Source: a virus. From it: 64,000 bases of DNA. The notes beneath the pieces are model-generated. The model was not told the origin of the DNA. It searched no databases and saw only the letters and a program-made list of their open reading frames with translations. The stretch lies in the IMG/VR virus record IMGVR_UViG_3300024999_000065, positions 28,136 to 92,135 of that record; one strand, given 5' to 3'. Position 1 is the first letter of the stretch. Each line of letters begins with the position of its first letter. This document shows, piece by piece, positions 51,558 to 61,823 of the stretch. The position numbers and the translations under genes were made by a program.

Positions 51558-53453
51558 ATGACTAACAATATTAAAATGGTTTTAAATCCAGAATTAAACG
51601 GAGTAGAATTATATTTTGATGCTAAACCAGTAAAACAGATTATTACCGATTTAAAGGCTAACGGTTTCCGTTTTTCAAGTTTTAAAACCTGCTGGTATGC
51701 GAAACAAAACGCCAAGACACTTAAACTTGCTCAGGAATTATCTGGTATTAATGCAGAACAGCAAACACCTTTGACAGAGGAAGTAGTTAATAATATTTCT
51801 GTTGATGCAGTAACAAAGCAACAAAATAAAAATAAAGTAATAACTACTATGTCATTGTGGAATTCTACTAGAATCGAAAAATTAGAAGTCAACGGAAAAC
51901 AACCAGTTAAGGCTATAGCAGCAGAAGTCAGAAAATACGTTAAAGCACGTTTTCCACAGTGTAAATTTTCTGTGACTTCTGACTATAACAGTATTAGTTT
52001 TTATATTGTATCAAGTCCATATGAAAAAGAAAGTATTTACCTTAAAGCTATTGAGAAATATTGTACCAATTTGCTTCAAGCCTATAATTATACTACATAC
52101 GGTAACAATAATAATTTTTACGGTGCTTATGCAAATATTAACTATGATTATATACAAACAGAACAGACTGAAACAGTTAAAGCTGATATTCTTGATTTTA
52201 ACTCTAACCTTACCGAATTTGAAAAGCAAGAAGAAGAACGCAAGCAGGAAGAATTTAGATTGTGGGAATTAAAAAGGGAACAAGATATATTAGACGATCA
52301 GGAATACGCAAAGAAGGAAGCTGGACAGGTTAAGGTTATCTATAACAGTATTGACATTGTAGAACTTGCAGAAGATAAGCAATATTATGTAATTAATTCC
52401 CAAATGGCAAATTGTAATAAGAATAACACATTAGAACAGTATAAGGAAGAAGTTGCCAAAGGTGATTTTTACCTAAAGGACATTAAGATTACCAAAGAAA
52501 TTCATTTTCAAAGTGAAGAATCATTATCTTATTTTTCCGATATGTTACTTAATGATTTTGATTTTTTAGAAGGTACTGGAGGAAGTTTTACCGAGGATGA
52601 AAGATTTACAAGTATAACAGATTACCATAATATGACAAAGGAAGAAAGAGAATCAATTGTTTTTAATCTTTACGGCGTAGCAGTATATTATAACAATAAC
52701 CTACAATTCGTTGTGGATGCTCAAGGTCATTCTTATGCTCGTTACGTTGGACTTGTAGACGGTGCTAAAATACAAAAGAATGTTACCGTTAAGCAATTTA
52801 TAGATTCTGCAAAGATAGAGGAGTTAAAGCAATCTGCTGAAGCACTAATAAACTTTTCAACTGAAGCAATAACCTGTGATAATAACATTGATGATACATG
52901 GGATAAAGAAAACTTTTCAGAGTATAAAAACAGAATGAAACAGATTTTCAAAAAGAATTGTTTTAAATTAACTAAGGAAGTTATTCAGCAAATACCAGAA
53001 GAACACGAAAAGTTAAAAGTTGCCATGTATCGACTATTAACAGAGGTTGACGGAATACAAGAACAATTTAAAACAGCAGACTTGAAACAAGGACAAAAGG
53101 TAACATTATTTTATATATCAGATTGGGGTAGTATCGTAACGTCAAGAGTGACATTTGACAAGGTAGAATATACAAAATATGCTCAGTATGACAAGGCCGT
53201 TAAGGTAATATTTAAACCTGAGAAAAAACGGTCACTATATTCAAATCATTTTTACAGTACATTGCTAGTATATAATGGATGGTTAACTTTACCGGAAGAA
53301 GTTTTACATACTGTAGAGCAAACCGGAACAGGTGTAACGATAACTAGAACTAAATATTTAAGCTGTGATAAGAAGCAGTATGATGAGATATTAAATCATT
53401 TTGCAATTAGTGGAGTTAAACCGATTATTAACACTTATAAACCCGTATTTTAG
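51558..53453 (+). CDS. Large polyvalent-type protein containing an LPD29-like domain
   Basis: NGVELYF..KP....LKANGFR...WYAK domain; IAAEVRKYVKARFPQCKFSVTS; promoter TTGACA-17-TATACT at 51484-51512. Confidence 0.65.
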   Translation: MTNNIKMVLNPELNGVELYFDAKPVKQIITDLKANGFRFSSFKTCWYAKQNAKTLKLAQELSGINAEQQTPLTEEVVNNISVDAVTKQQNKNKVITTMSLWNSTRIEKLEVNGKQPVKAIAAEVRKYVKARFPQCKFSVTSDYNSISFYIVSSPYEKESIYLKAIEKYCTNLLQAYNYTTYGNNNNFYGAYANINYDYIQTEQTETVKADILDFNSNLTEFEKQEEERKQEEFRLWELKREQDILDDQEYAKKEAGQVKVIYNSIDIVELAEDKQYYVINSQMANCNKNNTLEQYKEEVAKGDFYLKDIKITKEIHFQSEESLSYFSDMLLNDFDFLEGTGGSFTEDERFTSITDYHNMTKEERESIVFNLYGVAVYYNNNLQFVVDAQGHSYARYVGLVDGAKIQKNVTVKQFIDSAKIEELKQSAEALINFSTEAITCDNNIDDTWDKENFSEYKNRMKQIFKKNCFKLTKEVIQQIPEEHEKLKVAMYRLLTEVDGIQEQFKTADLKQGQKVTLFYISDWGSIVTSRVTFDKVEYTKYAQYDKAVKVIFKPEKKRSLYSNHFYSTLLVYNGWLTLPEEVLHTVEQTGTGVTITRTKYLSCDKKQYDEILNHFAISGVKPIINTYKPVF

Positions 53454-53527
53454 GATTATATATAGCAGTTTAAAAGGGTAACTGCTATATCAAAAACCCT
53501 ATAAAATTATGTTTGGAAGGTGATTTT

Positions 53528-53755
53528 ATGAGAAGTTATGAAGATTTTTTAAAAATTGAATGTAAGGTTATGAATTATAAGAATATTACAAAAGAATTAT
53601 TTGAGGCAAGAGAAAATTATTGTTATGGTACAGGTTTAAGAAAATGTAAAAAATGTATGATTAATTATAAATATTATTCAAAGGGTATGTCATGCAATGA
53701 TGCGTTAAATAAATACCCTTGTGAATGTATGGAATATTTTAGAAGTATTGTATAA
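53528..53755 (+). CDS. Small Cys-rich protein
   Basis: ATG 53528 after AAGGTG. Confidence 0.6.
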   Translation: MRSYEDFLKIECKVMNYKNITKELFEARENYCYGTGLRKCKKCMINYKYYSKGMSCNDALNKYPCECMEYFRSIV

Positions 53756-53887
53756 CAGATCATGCTTAATAGATGGTCTGGTTTTATTGTGTCTAAATAT
53801 ATAATTAAGTTAAGGAGGTGACTTATAAAATTGCTACAATAAATAGTTTAAATAAAAAAGTAAAAATAATATTAAAGGAGGAAAATT

Positions 53888-55495
53888 ATGTTTAATAACG
53901 TAAAGGAATTTTACCCAACACCTAGAAGTATAATTAATAAAATGCTATATAGTATTGATTTTAAATTAATCAATTCAGTATTAGAGCCATCAGCAGGTAA
54001 AGGTGATATAGTTAACGAGGTAATAGAAAAATTAAAATATGCACATAGTTACTACTATAACAAATCGGCAGTATGGGACATTGACACAATTGAGATTGAT
54101 GAGAATTTACAACACGTTTTAAAAGGGAAGGGTTATAGAACAGTACATAATGATTTTCTGACTTATAATAGTTTCAAGAGATACGATCTAATTATTATGA
54201 ATCCTCCCTTCAGCACAGGAGATAAACACCTTTTAAAAGCATTAGAGATGCAAGAATCAGGTGGTCAAATAGTTTGCTTGTTAAATGCTGAAACTTTGAG
54301 AAATCCATATAACAACACTAGAAAGGATTTAATAAGAAAATTAGAGGATTATAATGCAGAAATTGAGTATATACAAAATGCTTTTATAGATGCAGAACAT
54401 AAAACAGGGGTAGAAATTGCATTAATAAAAATAGACATTCCTAAATTAGACAATAACAGCATCATACTTGACGAACTGAGAAAACAAGAACAGCACAGAG
54501 AAGAAATACCTTATAGCAATGGTCAAGTTATTAATGCTGATTTTATTAATGGAATAATAGAACAGTATAACTTTGAGATTAAGGCGGGATTAAAGTTAAT
54601 TGCTGAATATGAAGCATTAAAACCACTTATGTTAAATAGTTTTAAAGGTGATGGTAATAATCCTATATTATCTTTAGAACTAACCTATGAAGATAAAGAC
54701 GGTAATTGCTCTAAAGAAAATTCATATATCAAACAAATTCGCATGAAGTATTGGAAAGCATTGTTTACCTCCGAACAATTTATGGGACTTTTTACTTCAA
54801 ATTTAAAGGAGAAGTATATCTCTAAGATTAATGAATTAAGAGATTATGACTTCTCTATGTATAACATTTACACTATTAAAATTCAACTTAACGAAGAGAT
54901 GATCCAGGGTGTTGAAGATACAATATTGAAGCTATTTGAAGATTTTAGTCATAAATACCATTGGCATCCCGAAACAGGTAATAATATTCATTATTACAAT
55001 GGGTGGAAGACTAATCAAGCATTTAAGATTAATAAAAAGGTGATTATTCCTTTAAGTGGATTTAATTCTTATGGTGGAAGGTATAGTCCAACAGATTATA
55101 AGGTAACAGATAAGTTAAGTGACATCGAGAAAGTATTTAATTATCTTGATCAAGGATTAACTAAGGAGAATGATTTAAAAGCAGCTTTAAATTTTGCTGA
55201 AAATTATGGAGACACAAAGAAAATTCAGCTTAAATATTTTATGGTTACTTTCTATAAAAAAGGCACTTGTCATATAGAATTTACTAATTTAGATTTATTA
55301 CATAAATTCAATTTGTACGGCTCGCAACGTAAAAGCTGGCTTCCTCCTTCATATGGAAAAGAAAAGTATGAGGATATGACACAGGAAGAAAAACAGGTTG
55401 TAAATGAATTTGAGGGTGAACAAAGTTATAAAAAAGTTATGCTTAAGAAGGATTATTATATCGTTGAAACATCTAAATTGTTAATGTTAGCCTAA
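53888..55495 (+). CDS. DNA adenine methyltransferase with C-terminal DUF4942-like domain
   Basis: FYPTP, LEPSAGKG, MNPPF; YNGWKTN..FKINKKVI, FYKKGTCHIEF. Confidence 0.85.
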   Translation: MFNNVKEFYPTPRSIINKMLYSIDFKLINSVLEPSAGKGDIVNEVIEKLKYAHSYYYNKSAVWDIDTIEIDENLQHVLKGKGYRTVHNDFLTYNSFKRYDLIIMNPPFSTGDKHLLKALEMQESGGQIVCLLNAETLRNPYNNTRKDLIRKLEDYNAEIEYIQNAFIDAEHKTGVEIALIKIDIPKLDNNSIILDELRKQEQHREEIPYSNGQVINADFINGIIEQYNFEIKAGLKLIAEYEALKPLMLNSFKGDGNNPILSLELTYEDKDGNCSKENSYIKQIRMKYWKALFTSEQFMGLFTSNLKEKYISKINELRDYDFSMYNIYTIKIQLNEEMIQGVEDTILKLFEDFSHKYHWHPETGNNIHYYNGWKTNQAFKINKKVIIPLSGFNSYGGRYSPTDYKVTDKLSDIEKVFNYLDQGLTKENDLKAALNFAENYGDTKKIQLKYFMVTFYKKGTCHIEFTNLDLLHKFNLYGSQRKSWLPPSYGKEKYEDMTQEEKQVVNEFEGEQSYKKVMLKKDYYIVETSKLLMLA

Positions 55496-55832
55496 ATATG
55501 ATAAAATATAAATCAAGGGTAAAATAATATCCCTTGATTTTGTTTGTCTTTTATGAAAATAACCATTTGACTCCATAACAGCACCCATATATTGACACTA
55601 GACATAAATTAACAATATTCCATATATTCCCATAACAGCCAGTATATGTACAAACTTACTAAATATTAACATAAATGTATATGACTGTATAACAGCGAAG
55701 GTATGAGCAAGTTTAAGTAAATTAAAGTTTATAATAATTAAGAAATTAGTATTGACAAAACAATTGACGTATGGTATAGTAAGTACATGGAAATTAATTA
55801 TTTTAATATTCTATTGGGAGGTAACAAATACT

Positions 55833-56270
55833 ATGCTAAACTTTAACACTATCACTACAATAGACGAATCCACTAAAAAACAATTATCATTATTTTTTAG
55901 AAAGAAAGATTCAGAATTTTTTAAAGGACAATGGCAATTAGAAAAGGAAGGTGATTACTCTTATAGAAGTACAGAATATGTTGTTAATCTTACAAATGGT
56001 AAGAAATTATCAATTGTATTTAATAAAAGTACGATATACAAAAATGTACCCAAAAGTCGTTTAAGAGATACAAAGAAAACTAAATATCAAGTATGGATTG
56101 AAATTAGTTTAGTTAATGATATCATAGTACATAGCAATATGGAATATATGTATAAGTCAGCTACAGGTGAGAGTAAGGAGAGTAATGAAAAAATTGAAAT
56201 GCAGGAACATAAAATTAAGGAGTTTGCCAGTAGAGTTTTAGGAATTGAAAATATTAATTGGAATTATTAG
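55833..56270 (+). CDS. Hypothetical protein
   Basis: ATG 55833 after GGGAGGT. Confidence 0.7.
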   Translation: MLNFNTITTIDESTKKQLSLFFRKKDSEFFKGQWQLEKEGDYSYRSTEYVVNLTNGKKLSIVFNKSTIYKNVPKSRLRDTKKTKYQVWIEISLVNDIIVHSNMEYMYKSATGESKESNEKIEMQEHKIKEFASRVLGIENINWNY

Positions 56271-56823
56271 ATAATTATAATTATTATAACTTCGGTTTAT
56301 AGTCATCCGTTAAAATTATAAAATAATATAAAAAGGAGAGAATAAATATGAGCTATGGAGATATTAAAAAGAAATTAGTATTAAGAAGTTTACGTGACAT
56401 ACTTGATGGATTAAATAAATCAGAAAGTTGTGATGATAAAGATATGCAGGTATTTAATCAATTAAAACATGCTGTGATAGTTGCTATTGAGAAAGTAGAT
56501 ACTATTAAAACTTATTAAATGTGATATAATATTAATTAAATATACTTTTAATAAAATAAGGTTTTTAAAACGATATCAAGGAAAGGGGATACAATAATGA
56601 TTAAAACACTTATACAAGTAAAAGGATATATGAAAAGTAAAGAAGATTATTTCAAAGAATTTAAATCAATAAAAGATATTGAAGAATTTGGACGGATTCA
56701 TCCCAATTATATGATTGCTATTTATATTAAATAATTTGTAAAAGTCAACTAATTATCTTGACATTTATATTATTGTTCTGTATAATTAATATAATAAGAA
56801 TTTAAATAAAGGAGGACTACATA

Positions 56824-57057
56824 ATGATACCAAAAAGTATATTAGATTACGCCAAGGGAGTATCACAATTAAAGAAAGATACAGAAATTGATTTATTAAG
56901 TTTTGATTGGAGTGAACCAATGCTAGAGACTGAAAATGGTTGTATATATTTCCTAACTTGGGATAAAGAGAAAAAGGAATATACAGTTAATCCAGAAGCA
57001 AGACAAGATGAAAATTGTGAGGAAATAATTAGAAAAAGAATGAAAAAGGAGGAATAA
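56824..57057 (+). CDS. Hypothetical protein
   Basis: Promoter TTGACA-17-TATAAT at 56758-56786; AGGAGG. Confidence 0.7.
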   Translation: MIPKSILDYAKGVSQLKKDTEIDLLSFDWSEPMLETENGCIYFLTWDKEKKEYTVNPEARQDENCEEIIRKRMKKEE

Positions 57058-57062
57058 ACCAA

Positions 57063-57308
57063 ATGAAAGCAAAGTATATAACAATTCCACTATTGAAAGA
57101 ATTTAACAAAAAATCTTACAACCGTAAACTTGAAAATAAATTTATTAACAGTTTACCTAATGATTTATTAATGCCACTTCATACTCATATGATAGCAAAT
57201 GAAGATTCTGTAAGATGTAAATTTGTTTATAATGAAAAAGGTAATACATTTACTTTGGATATACCAATTAAGAAATTCAATGAACTTCCATATGTTGAGC
57301 GTGATTAA
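57063..57308 (+). CDS. Hypothetical protein
   Basis: AGGAGG RBS. Confidence 0.7.
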   Translation: MKAKYITIPLLKEFNKKSYNRKLENKFINSLPNDLLMPLHTHMIANEDSVRCKFVYNEKGNTFTLDIPIKKFNELPYVERD

Positions 57309-57515
57309 CCTTTAGTATTAACTTAGTGGAATGGGCAACCACAAAAAGTTAATATTATTAAAATACTAAAATCCATTAGATAAGTATTCCATGTATATCT
57401 CCTAAGTTTGTTATCTCTGTCCATTTGATAAGTTATAAGTGGGCAGAGGTGATTTAATTAATGGAGAGGAAAAATTAATTATAAAATTGTGAGAGAATAG
57501 AAGGGAGATAAAATT

Positions 57516-57776
57516 ATGAAAATTGGTAATATAGTAAGAACAAAAAAAACTGGAGCATTATTTGTTATATCAGATAAACAGGGTAGAGGAATGATTGATT
57601 TAAACTATGTAAGAGCATATCAATATAATTACAATGTAATTGACAGTTATGATAAAATCTTACGAATTATAAATCTATCTATTGATTCTATAAATCCAGT
57701 TAATAAATTGAATTTTATAGCTGAATTATTGGTTATGTATAATTGTGGTATTAATCATCAAGTGTATGAAGTATAA
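57516..57776 (+). CDS. Hypothetical protein
   Basis: GGGAG RBS. Confidence 0.65.
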   Translation: MKIGNIVRTKKTGALFVISDKQGRGMIDLNYVRAYQYNYNVIDSYDKILRIINLSIDSINPVNKLNFIAELLVMYNCGINHQVYEV

Positions 57777-57983
57777 TGTGATAAAATGTCAGTTTGGTTC
57801 AAATATTGAGTGCTACAAACCCTTATAAATCAATGGTTTGTGAGATCGGACATTTTGAAAATTTGATTAAAATTAGTGATTGCATTTATTTTTGTATTGT
57901 GTTATGATAAATTATTAGATAAAAATTAATAAGATTAACAATTCATTAAATACATAATTAAATTAAAGGAGTGTGTAATTATT

Positions 57984-58325
57984 ATGATTAAAAAAATAGA
58001 AAGAATTGCTCAAGTAGAAATACAAGGAACTTCTCATCATAGCGGAAATTATTTGCTTTACTCTGAAAGTTTTTATATTTCGTTGGATAAGACATACGTT
58101 GCTAAGAAAAAATACCATGTATTACCTGTTTTAACATACGTCAGACATGAAGATTCTGATTTTGCCGAAAACAAAAGAACTGTAATAAATTTCTCTATTT
58201 GCTATAACGACTCACATTCTTCTTATATTCTTGATATTATTAGGAATCAGGAATATATAGAGAATGAAGAAATTAACAAGGAAGAAGCAAATATTATTGT
58301 TTCTGTAATAGAAAATTATCAATAA
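57984..58325 (+). CDS. Hypothetical protein
   Basis: AAGGAG RBS. Confidence 0.7.
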   Translation: MIKKIERIAQVEIQGTSHHSGNYLLYSESFYISLDKTYVAKKKYHVLPVLTYVRHEDSDFAENKRTVINFSICYNDSHSSYILDIIRNQEYIENEEINKEEANIIVSVIENYQ

Positions 58326-58364
58326 GTTTTAATTTATTAAGATAAAATTGAGGAGGAATACATA

Positions 58365-58880
58365 ATGAAAAATATTTTTAGTTTTGACTGTGAAACAAAT
58401 GGATTATACGGTGAATGTTTTGCTGTTGGGGCAATTGTATTAAATAATCTAGGATTGATTATTGATAAATTTTCAGGTATTGCTCAAATTGAAGACGTTG
58501 ACAATGATTGGGTAATACAAAATGTTATACCTGCTCTTGATGGATTACAAAAATATCCTACACGCAAACAAATGAGAAATGCATTTTGGGGTTTCTGGAT
58601 GAAACATAAAGATTCTTGTATGTGTATTGCTGATTTTGGTGTACCAGTTGAATCTGGATTTTTCAAACAATGTGTTCTTGATGATTTAGATAATCGTCAA
58701 TGGAATGCACCATATCCTTTGCATGAAGTAGAAACTTTGTTAATTTCAAAAGGTATTGAATCTGATACTAGCCGGATTAAATACTCAGAAGTTAATTATG
58801 ATGCAGTAAAACAACATAATCCGATTGATGATGCTTATGTGTCTGGATTATGTTGGATTAAAGCAATGAAGGTGAAATAA
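58365..58880 (+). CDS. DEDDh-family 3'-5' exonuclease
   Basis: FDCET (ExoI), HNPIDDA (ExoIII). Confidence 0.8.
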   Translation: MKNIFSFDCETNGLYGECFAVGAIVLNNLGLIIDKFSGIAQIEDVDNDWVIQNVIPALDGLQKYPTRKQMRNAFWGFWMKHKDSCMCIADFGVPVESGFFKQCVLDDLDNRQWNAPYPLHEVETLLISKGIESDTSRIKYSEVNYDAVKQHNPIDDAYVSGLCWIKAMKVK

Positions 58881-59276
58881 ATGGATTGGAAAGATATTAT
58901 TTTAAATACTCCAAATAGTGGGTATATATGGTTTTGTAGCAATAAGTCAGATAAATTTTATGGTGTGCCTTATGATTTTTTAATGCATCACAAATTAATA
59001 CCAATATGTATATCTAATCCTTATAAATATAATGATGTATATGGTTATATCCCATATACCGATTTGGAACATTATGAAGAATTAAAATATAAACTAGAAC
59101 AACGTAGCAATGAAGAATTTCGGAGATTACACAAAGAATACAATCAACAAGTTTTTGGAACACAACAAAAACCATCGAAAATTAAGAAAGATTGTTTTAA
59201 TATTATTAAATATGTTGCTGTGGGGTTTTGCGGTATTGTATTAATACGTTGTATTATTGGTTTATTATTAAAATGA
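58881..59276 (+). CDS. Hypothetical protein with C-terminal transmembrane helix
   Basis: Hydrophobic C-terminus. Confidence 0.65.
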   Translation: MDWKDIILNTPNSGYIWFCSNKSDKFYGVPYDFLMHHKLIPICISNPYKYNDVYGYIPYTDLEHYEELKYKLEQRSNEEFRRLHKEYNQQVFGTQQKPSKIKKDCFNIIKYVAVGFCGIVLIRCIIGLLLK

Positions 59277-59302
59277 AAGAACGGAATTATTAAATTTAAG
59301 GA

Positions 59303-59599
59303 GTGATCAATATATTTATAGTAGAATTGCGTTCAGGTGGTAGTTTATTTTACAAATTCAATGTTCATCTTGAAGCACAAGAATTTTTACGTAAAAACTA
59401 TATGAATAATAGTATACTGTTTGAAGTTGTTGAATTTAAATATCATAATAACACTTATTATCATACAATCAATAATGATGGTAATACTCAATCAATATTA
59501 CATGATGATTTTAGTTTTATTTGCAAATATGATAAAAGTATTATGACAGTATGTGAAGCACTTGAGGACTATTTAAATAATTGGGTAGTACCGTATTAG
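59303..59599 (+). CDS. Hypothetical protein
   Basis: 98 aa ORF. Confidence 0.6.
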   Translation: MINIFIVELRSGGSLFYKFNVHLEAQEFLRKNYMNNSILFEVVEFKYHNNTYYHTINNDGNTQSILHDDFSFICKYDKSIMTVCEALEDYLNNWVVPY

Positions 59600-59628
59600 A
59601 ATTCTAATTAATAAAGGAGGTAAAACTA

Positions 59629-59985
59629 ATGAAAGAATTTTGGACTACTGGCATAACTGTTAAATGCGGTATTAAAGATCAAAATAAAGTTATTGGTTGG
59701 TCCGCTGAGTGTAAATGGTATAGTAGAAAATTTATGGAAAATGGATGTATAGAGGGAGAAATAGGAACTAGATATTATGAACCTACTATCACTGAAGCTA
59801 TTGATTATATATTAGAATGTTTGAAAATATTTGGGATTAAACTTTGTAATGAAATTGAAGAAATGAAGGAAATGGGATTTGTTTTATATAGTAATGAAGA
59901 AAGAAATTATTATCCTAAAGAAGTATTACAAATGATTAAAGATGAAGCAGAACGCAGAGATTGGAAGCATTATATTGAATTGTGA
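59629..59985 (+). CDS. Hypothetical protein
   Basis: AGGAGGT RBS. Confidence 0.7.
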   Translation: MKEFWTTGITVKCGIKDQNKVIGWSAECKWYSRKFMENGCIEGEIGTRYYEPTITEAIDYILECLKIFGIKLCNEIEEMKEMGFVLYSNEERNYYPKEVLQMIKDEAERRDWKHYIEL

Positions 59986-60136
59986 TTAATTAACAAATTT
60001 ATCCATTTATTATCAGGTAAAAATATTTTTACAAAACTCTTGACTATCTTTACTGCTTGGTATATACTAATTATATTAAGAATATAGCAAATAGTAAATA
60101 TCAAGCAGTAAGTAGTCAAAAAAGACAGGTGACAAA

Positions 60137-60343
60137 ATGAAAGTAGCAGATTATATCCTGGAAGTTTTAAATTCTCAGGAAAGGCAAAAAAGTTGGTTGG
60201 CTGATAAAACTAATATTTCAAAACAGGCGATTAATTACAAGTTTAAGAACAATAGTTTTACGGCAGAGGAATTATTGAGTGTATCTGAAGTGCTAAATAT
60301 TAATTTGGAAGAATTAAAAGTAAAATGTAGGAGGAATAATTAA
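60137..60343 (+). CDS. XRE/Cro-like helix-turn-helix regulator
   Basis: WLADKTNISKQAINYKF...ELLSVSEVLNI. Confidence 0.8.
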   Translation: MKVADYILEVLNSQERQKSWLADKTNISKQAINYKFKNNSFTAEELLSVSEVLNINLEELKVKCRRNN

Positions 60344-60574
60344 ATGGATTATAAGAAAATGTATTGTGGAGAAACAGAATTAGATATATTAGTAAGACAA
60401 AAAACTCAGGATGGTTGGAAGATGTTTGCTCATGAACATCCTAAAGATAATACTTTAATAGATATTATCTTGATTGATGGTACAGAAATAAAAAATGTAT
60501 TGTTTCAACAAAAACATCTATATAAAGATGAAAAAGTAATAGGTACGTGTGCTATATCTCGTTTTTGGAAATAA
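60344..60574 (+). CDS. Hypothetical protein
   Basis: AGGAGG RBS. Confidence 0.65.
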   Translation: MDYKKMYCGETELDILVRQKTQDGWKMFAHEHPKDNTLIDIILIDGTEIKNVLFQQKHLYKDEKVIGTCAISRFWK

Positions 60575-60606
60575 AACAATTTAATATAAAAAGGAGATGA
60601 CTAATA

Positions 60607-60909
60607 ATGAAAGTACATTGCTCGCTTACTTGTAAAAACAATACCAATGGTCTATGTTCCCTAGACAAAATAACTATCAATATTGATGGTTGTCTATGTT
60701 GGGAAGAAGAAATTTTAACTATTGGTAAGTATGAAAATAATATATTTACATGGAATCCAGATTATGACCATGATATTTTAGATAATCCTGATTTTGCTGA
60801 ATCATTAGATGAAAATTTTATTCACGATGAGACAGGATTATATTTTCTAGGCACTGAGCAAGAATACCAGGAAGCAATAGAGAAAACAATTAAAAATTGG
60901 GAAGGTTAA
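60607..60909 (+). CDS. Hypothetical protein with N-terminal DUF1540-like Cys motif
   Basis: VHCSLTCKNNTNGLC...ITI...GC. Confidence 0.6.
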   Translation: MKVHCSLTCKNNTNGLCSLDKITINIDGCLCWEEEILTIGKYENNIFTWNPDYDHDILDNPDFAESLDENFIHDETGLYFLGTEQEYQEAIEKTIKNWEG

Positions 60910-60982
60910 TTCCTTCCTTAAGTCTTCTGAATGAGGATTTAATGAATGGATTAACTTATAAAATTATAAGGAGTGTGTTATA

Positions 60983-61360
60983 ATGATAATAGATTTAAAT
61001 GAAATTTGTGATTGTGGAGCAGAATTGGTATTTGATAGTAGTATTGACAATCATATTATTGAAGACCTAATTGATGATAAACTTTATAAAGCTATCTGTC
61101 CAAATTGTGGTGTATACTGGCAGTTTAGAGAATCAGATGTTATTGTTAAAAAGTTTTATGTATGGGGTTCTGGTATTGCCGAGTCTAAGTTAATCCGTTC
61201 TGGCGAATCAACTGAAGAAGCAGAAGAATATGCTATTTCTAAGGGTATGAAATTTGATAACCCTGAGGATTGGGCAGTAGAAATTGAAGCAACAGGAAGT
61301 GAAATAGATATGGCAACACGGTTTGAGCAGAATGTATTAGGATATCGGGAGGTAGAGTGA
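60983..61360 (+). CDS. Zinc-ribbon hypothetical protein
   Basis: CDCG...CPNCG. Confidence 0.7.
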   Translation: MIIDLNEICDCGAELVFDSSIDNHIIEDLIDDKLYKAICPNCGVYWQFRESDVIVKKFYVWGSGIAESKLIRSGESTEEAEEYAISKGMKFDNPEDWAVEIEATGSEIDMATRFEQNVLGYREVE

Positions 61361-61361
61361 T

Positions 61362-61823
61362 ACGGTCAAATGTACTTGTGGTAAATGTAAAACTTGTCGA
61401 AATCGTGAATGGGCGAAACGTGCTAGAGAAAAAGCATTATTACAAGGTTTATGTGTTAATTGCAAAATTAATCCTGTACGAGAAGGTAAGAAAACTTGTC
61501 AAGAATGTTGCGATGCAGCGGTAAAAAGACACAAAGAAAGACAGAAAAAAGTAAATAATCTGTGTCACACTTGTTTAAAACGTCCATCAATGGAAGGAAA
61601 ACATACTTGTTCTCATTGTTATGAAAGTAGTAAAAAATGGTTTAATAAAAATTGTATTGATGGAAGATATAAGAGATATGCAGACACTTATAAAAAACAT
61701 CAACGCATATCATATGAGAAAAGAAAAATGTTAAAATTATACACACGTTTATTAAAAGTATTTTATTATATATTGGAAAAGGAGGATTATAAAAATGAAA
61801 AACTTTCAAATTTGGGAATCTGA
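61362..61823 (+). CDS. CxxC-repeat protein with ACG start (track shows only the last 77 aa)
   Basis: Frame open from ACG 61362, 8 nt after GGAGGT; CTCGKCKTC, LCVNC..CQEC, LCHTC..CSHC. Confidence 0.6.
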   Translation, partial: TVKCTCGKCKTCRNREWAKRAREKALLQGLCVNCKINPVREGKKTCQECCDAAVKRHKERQKKVNNLCHTCLKRPSMEGKHTCSHCYESSKKWFNKNCIDGRYKRYADTYKKHQRISYEKRKMLKLYTRLLKVFYYILEKEDYKNEKLSNLGI

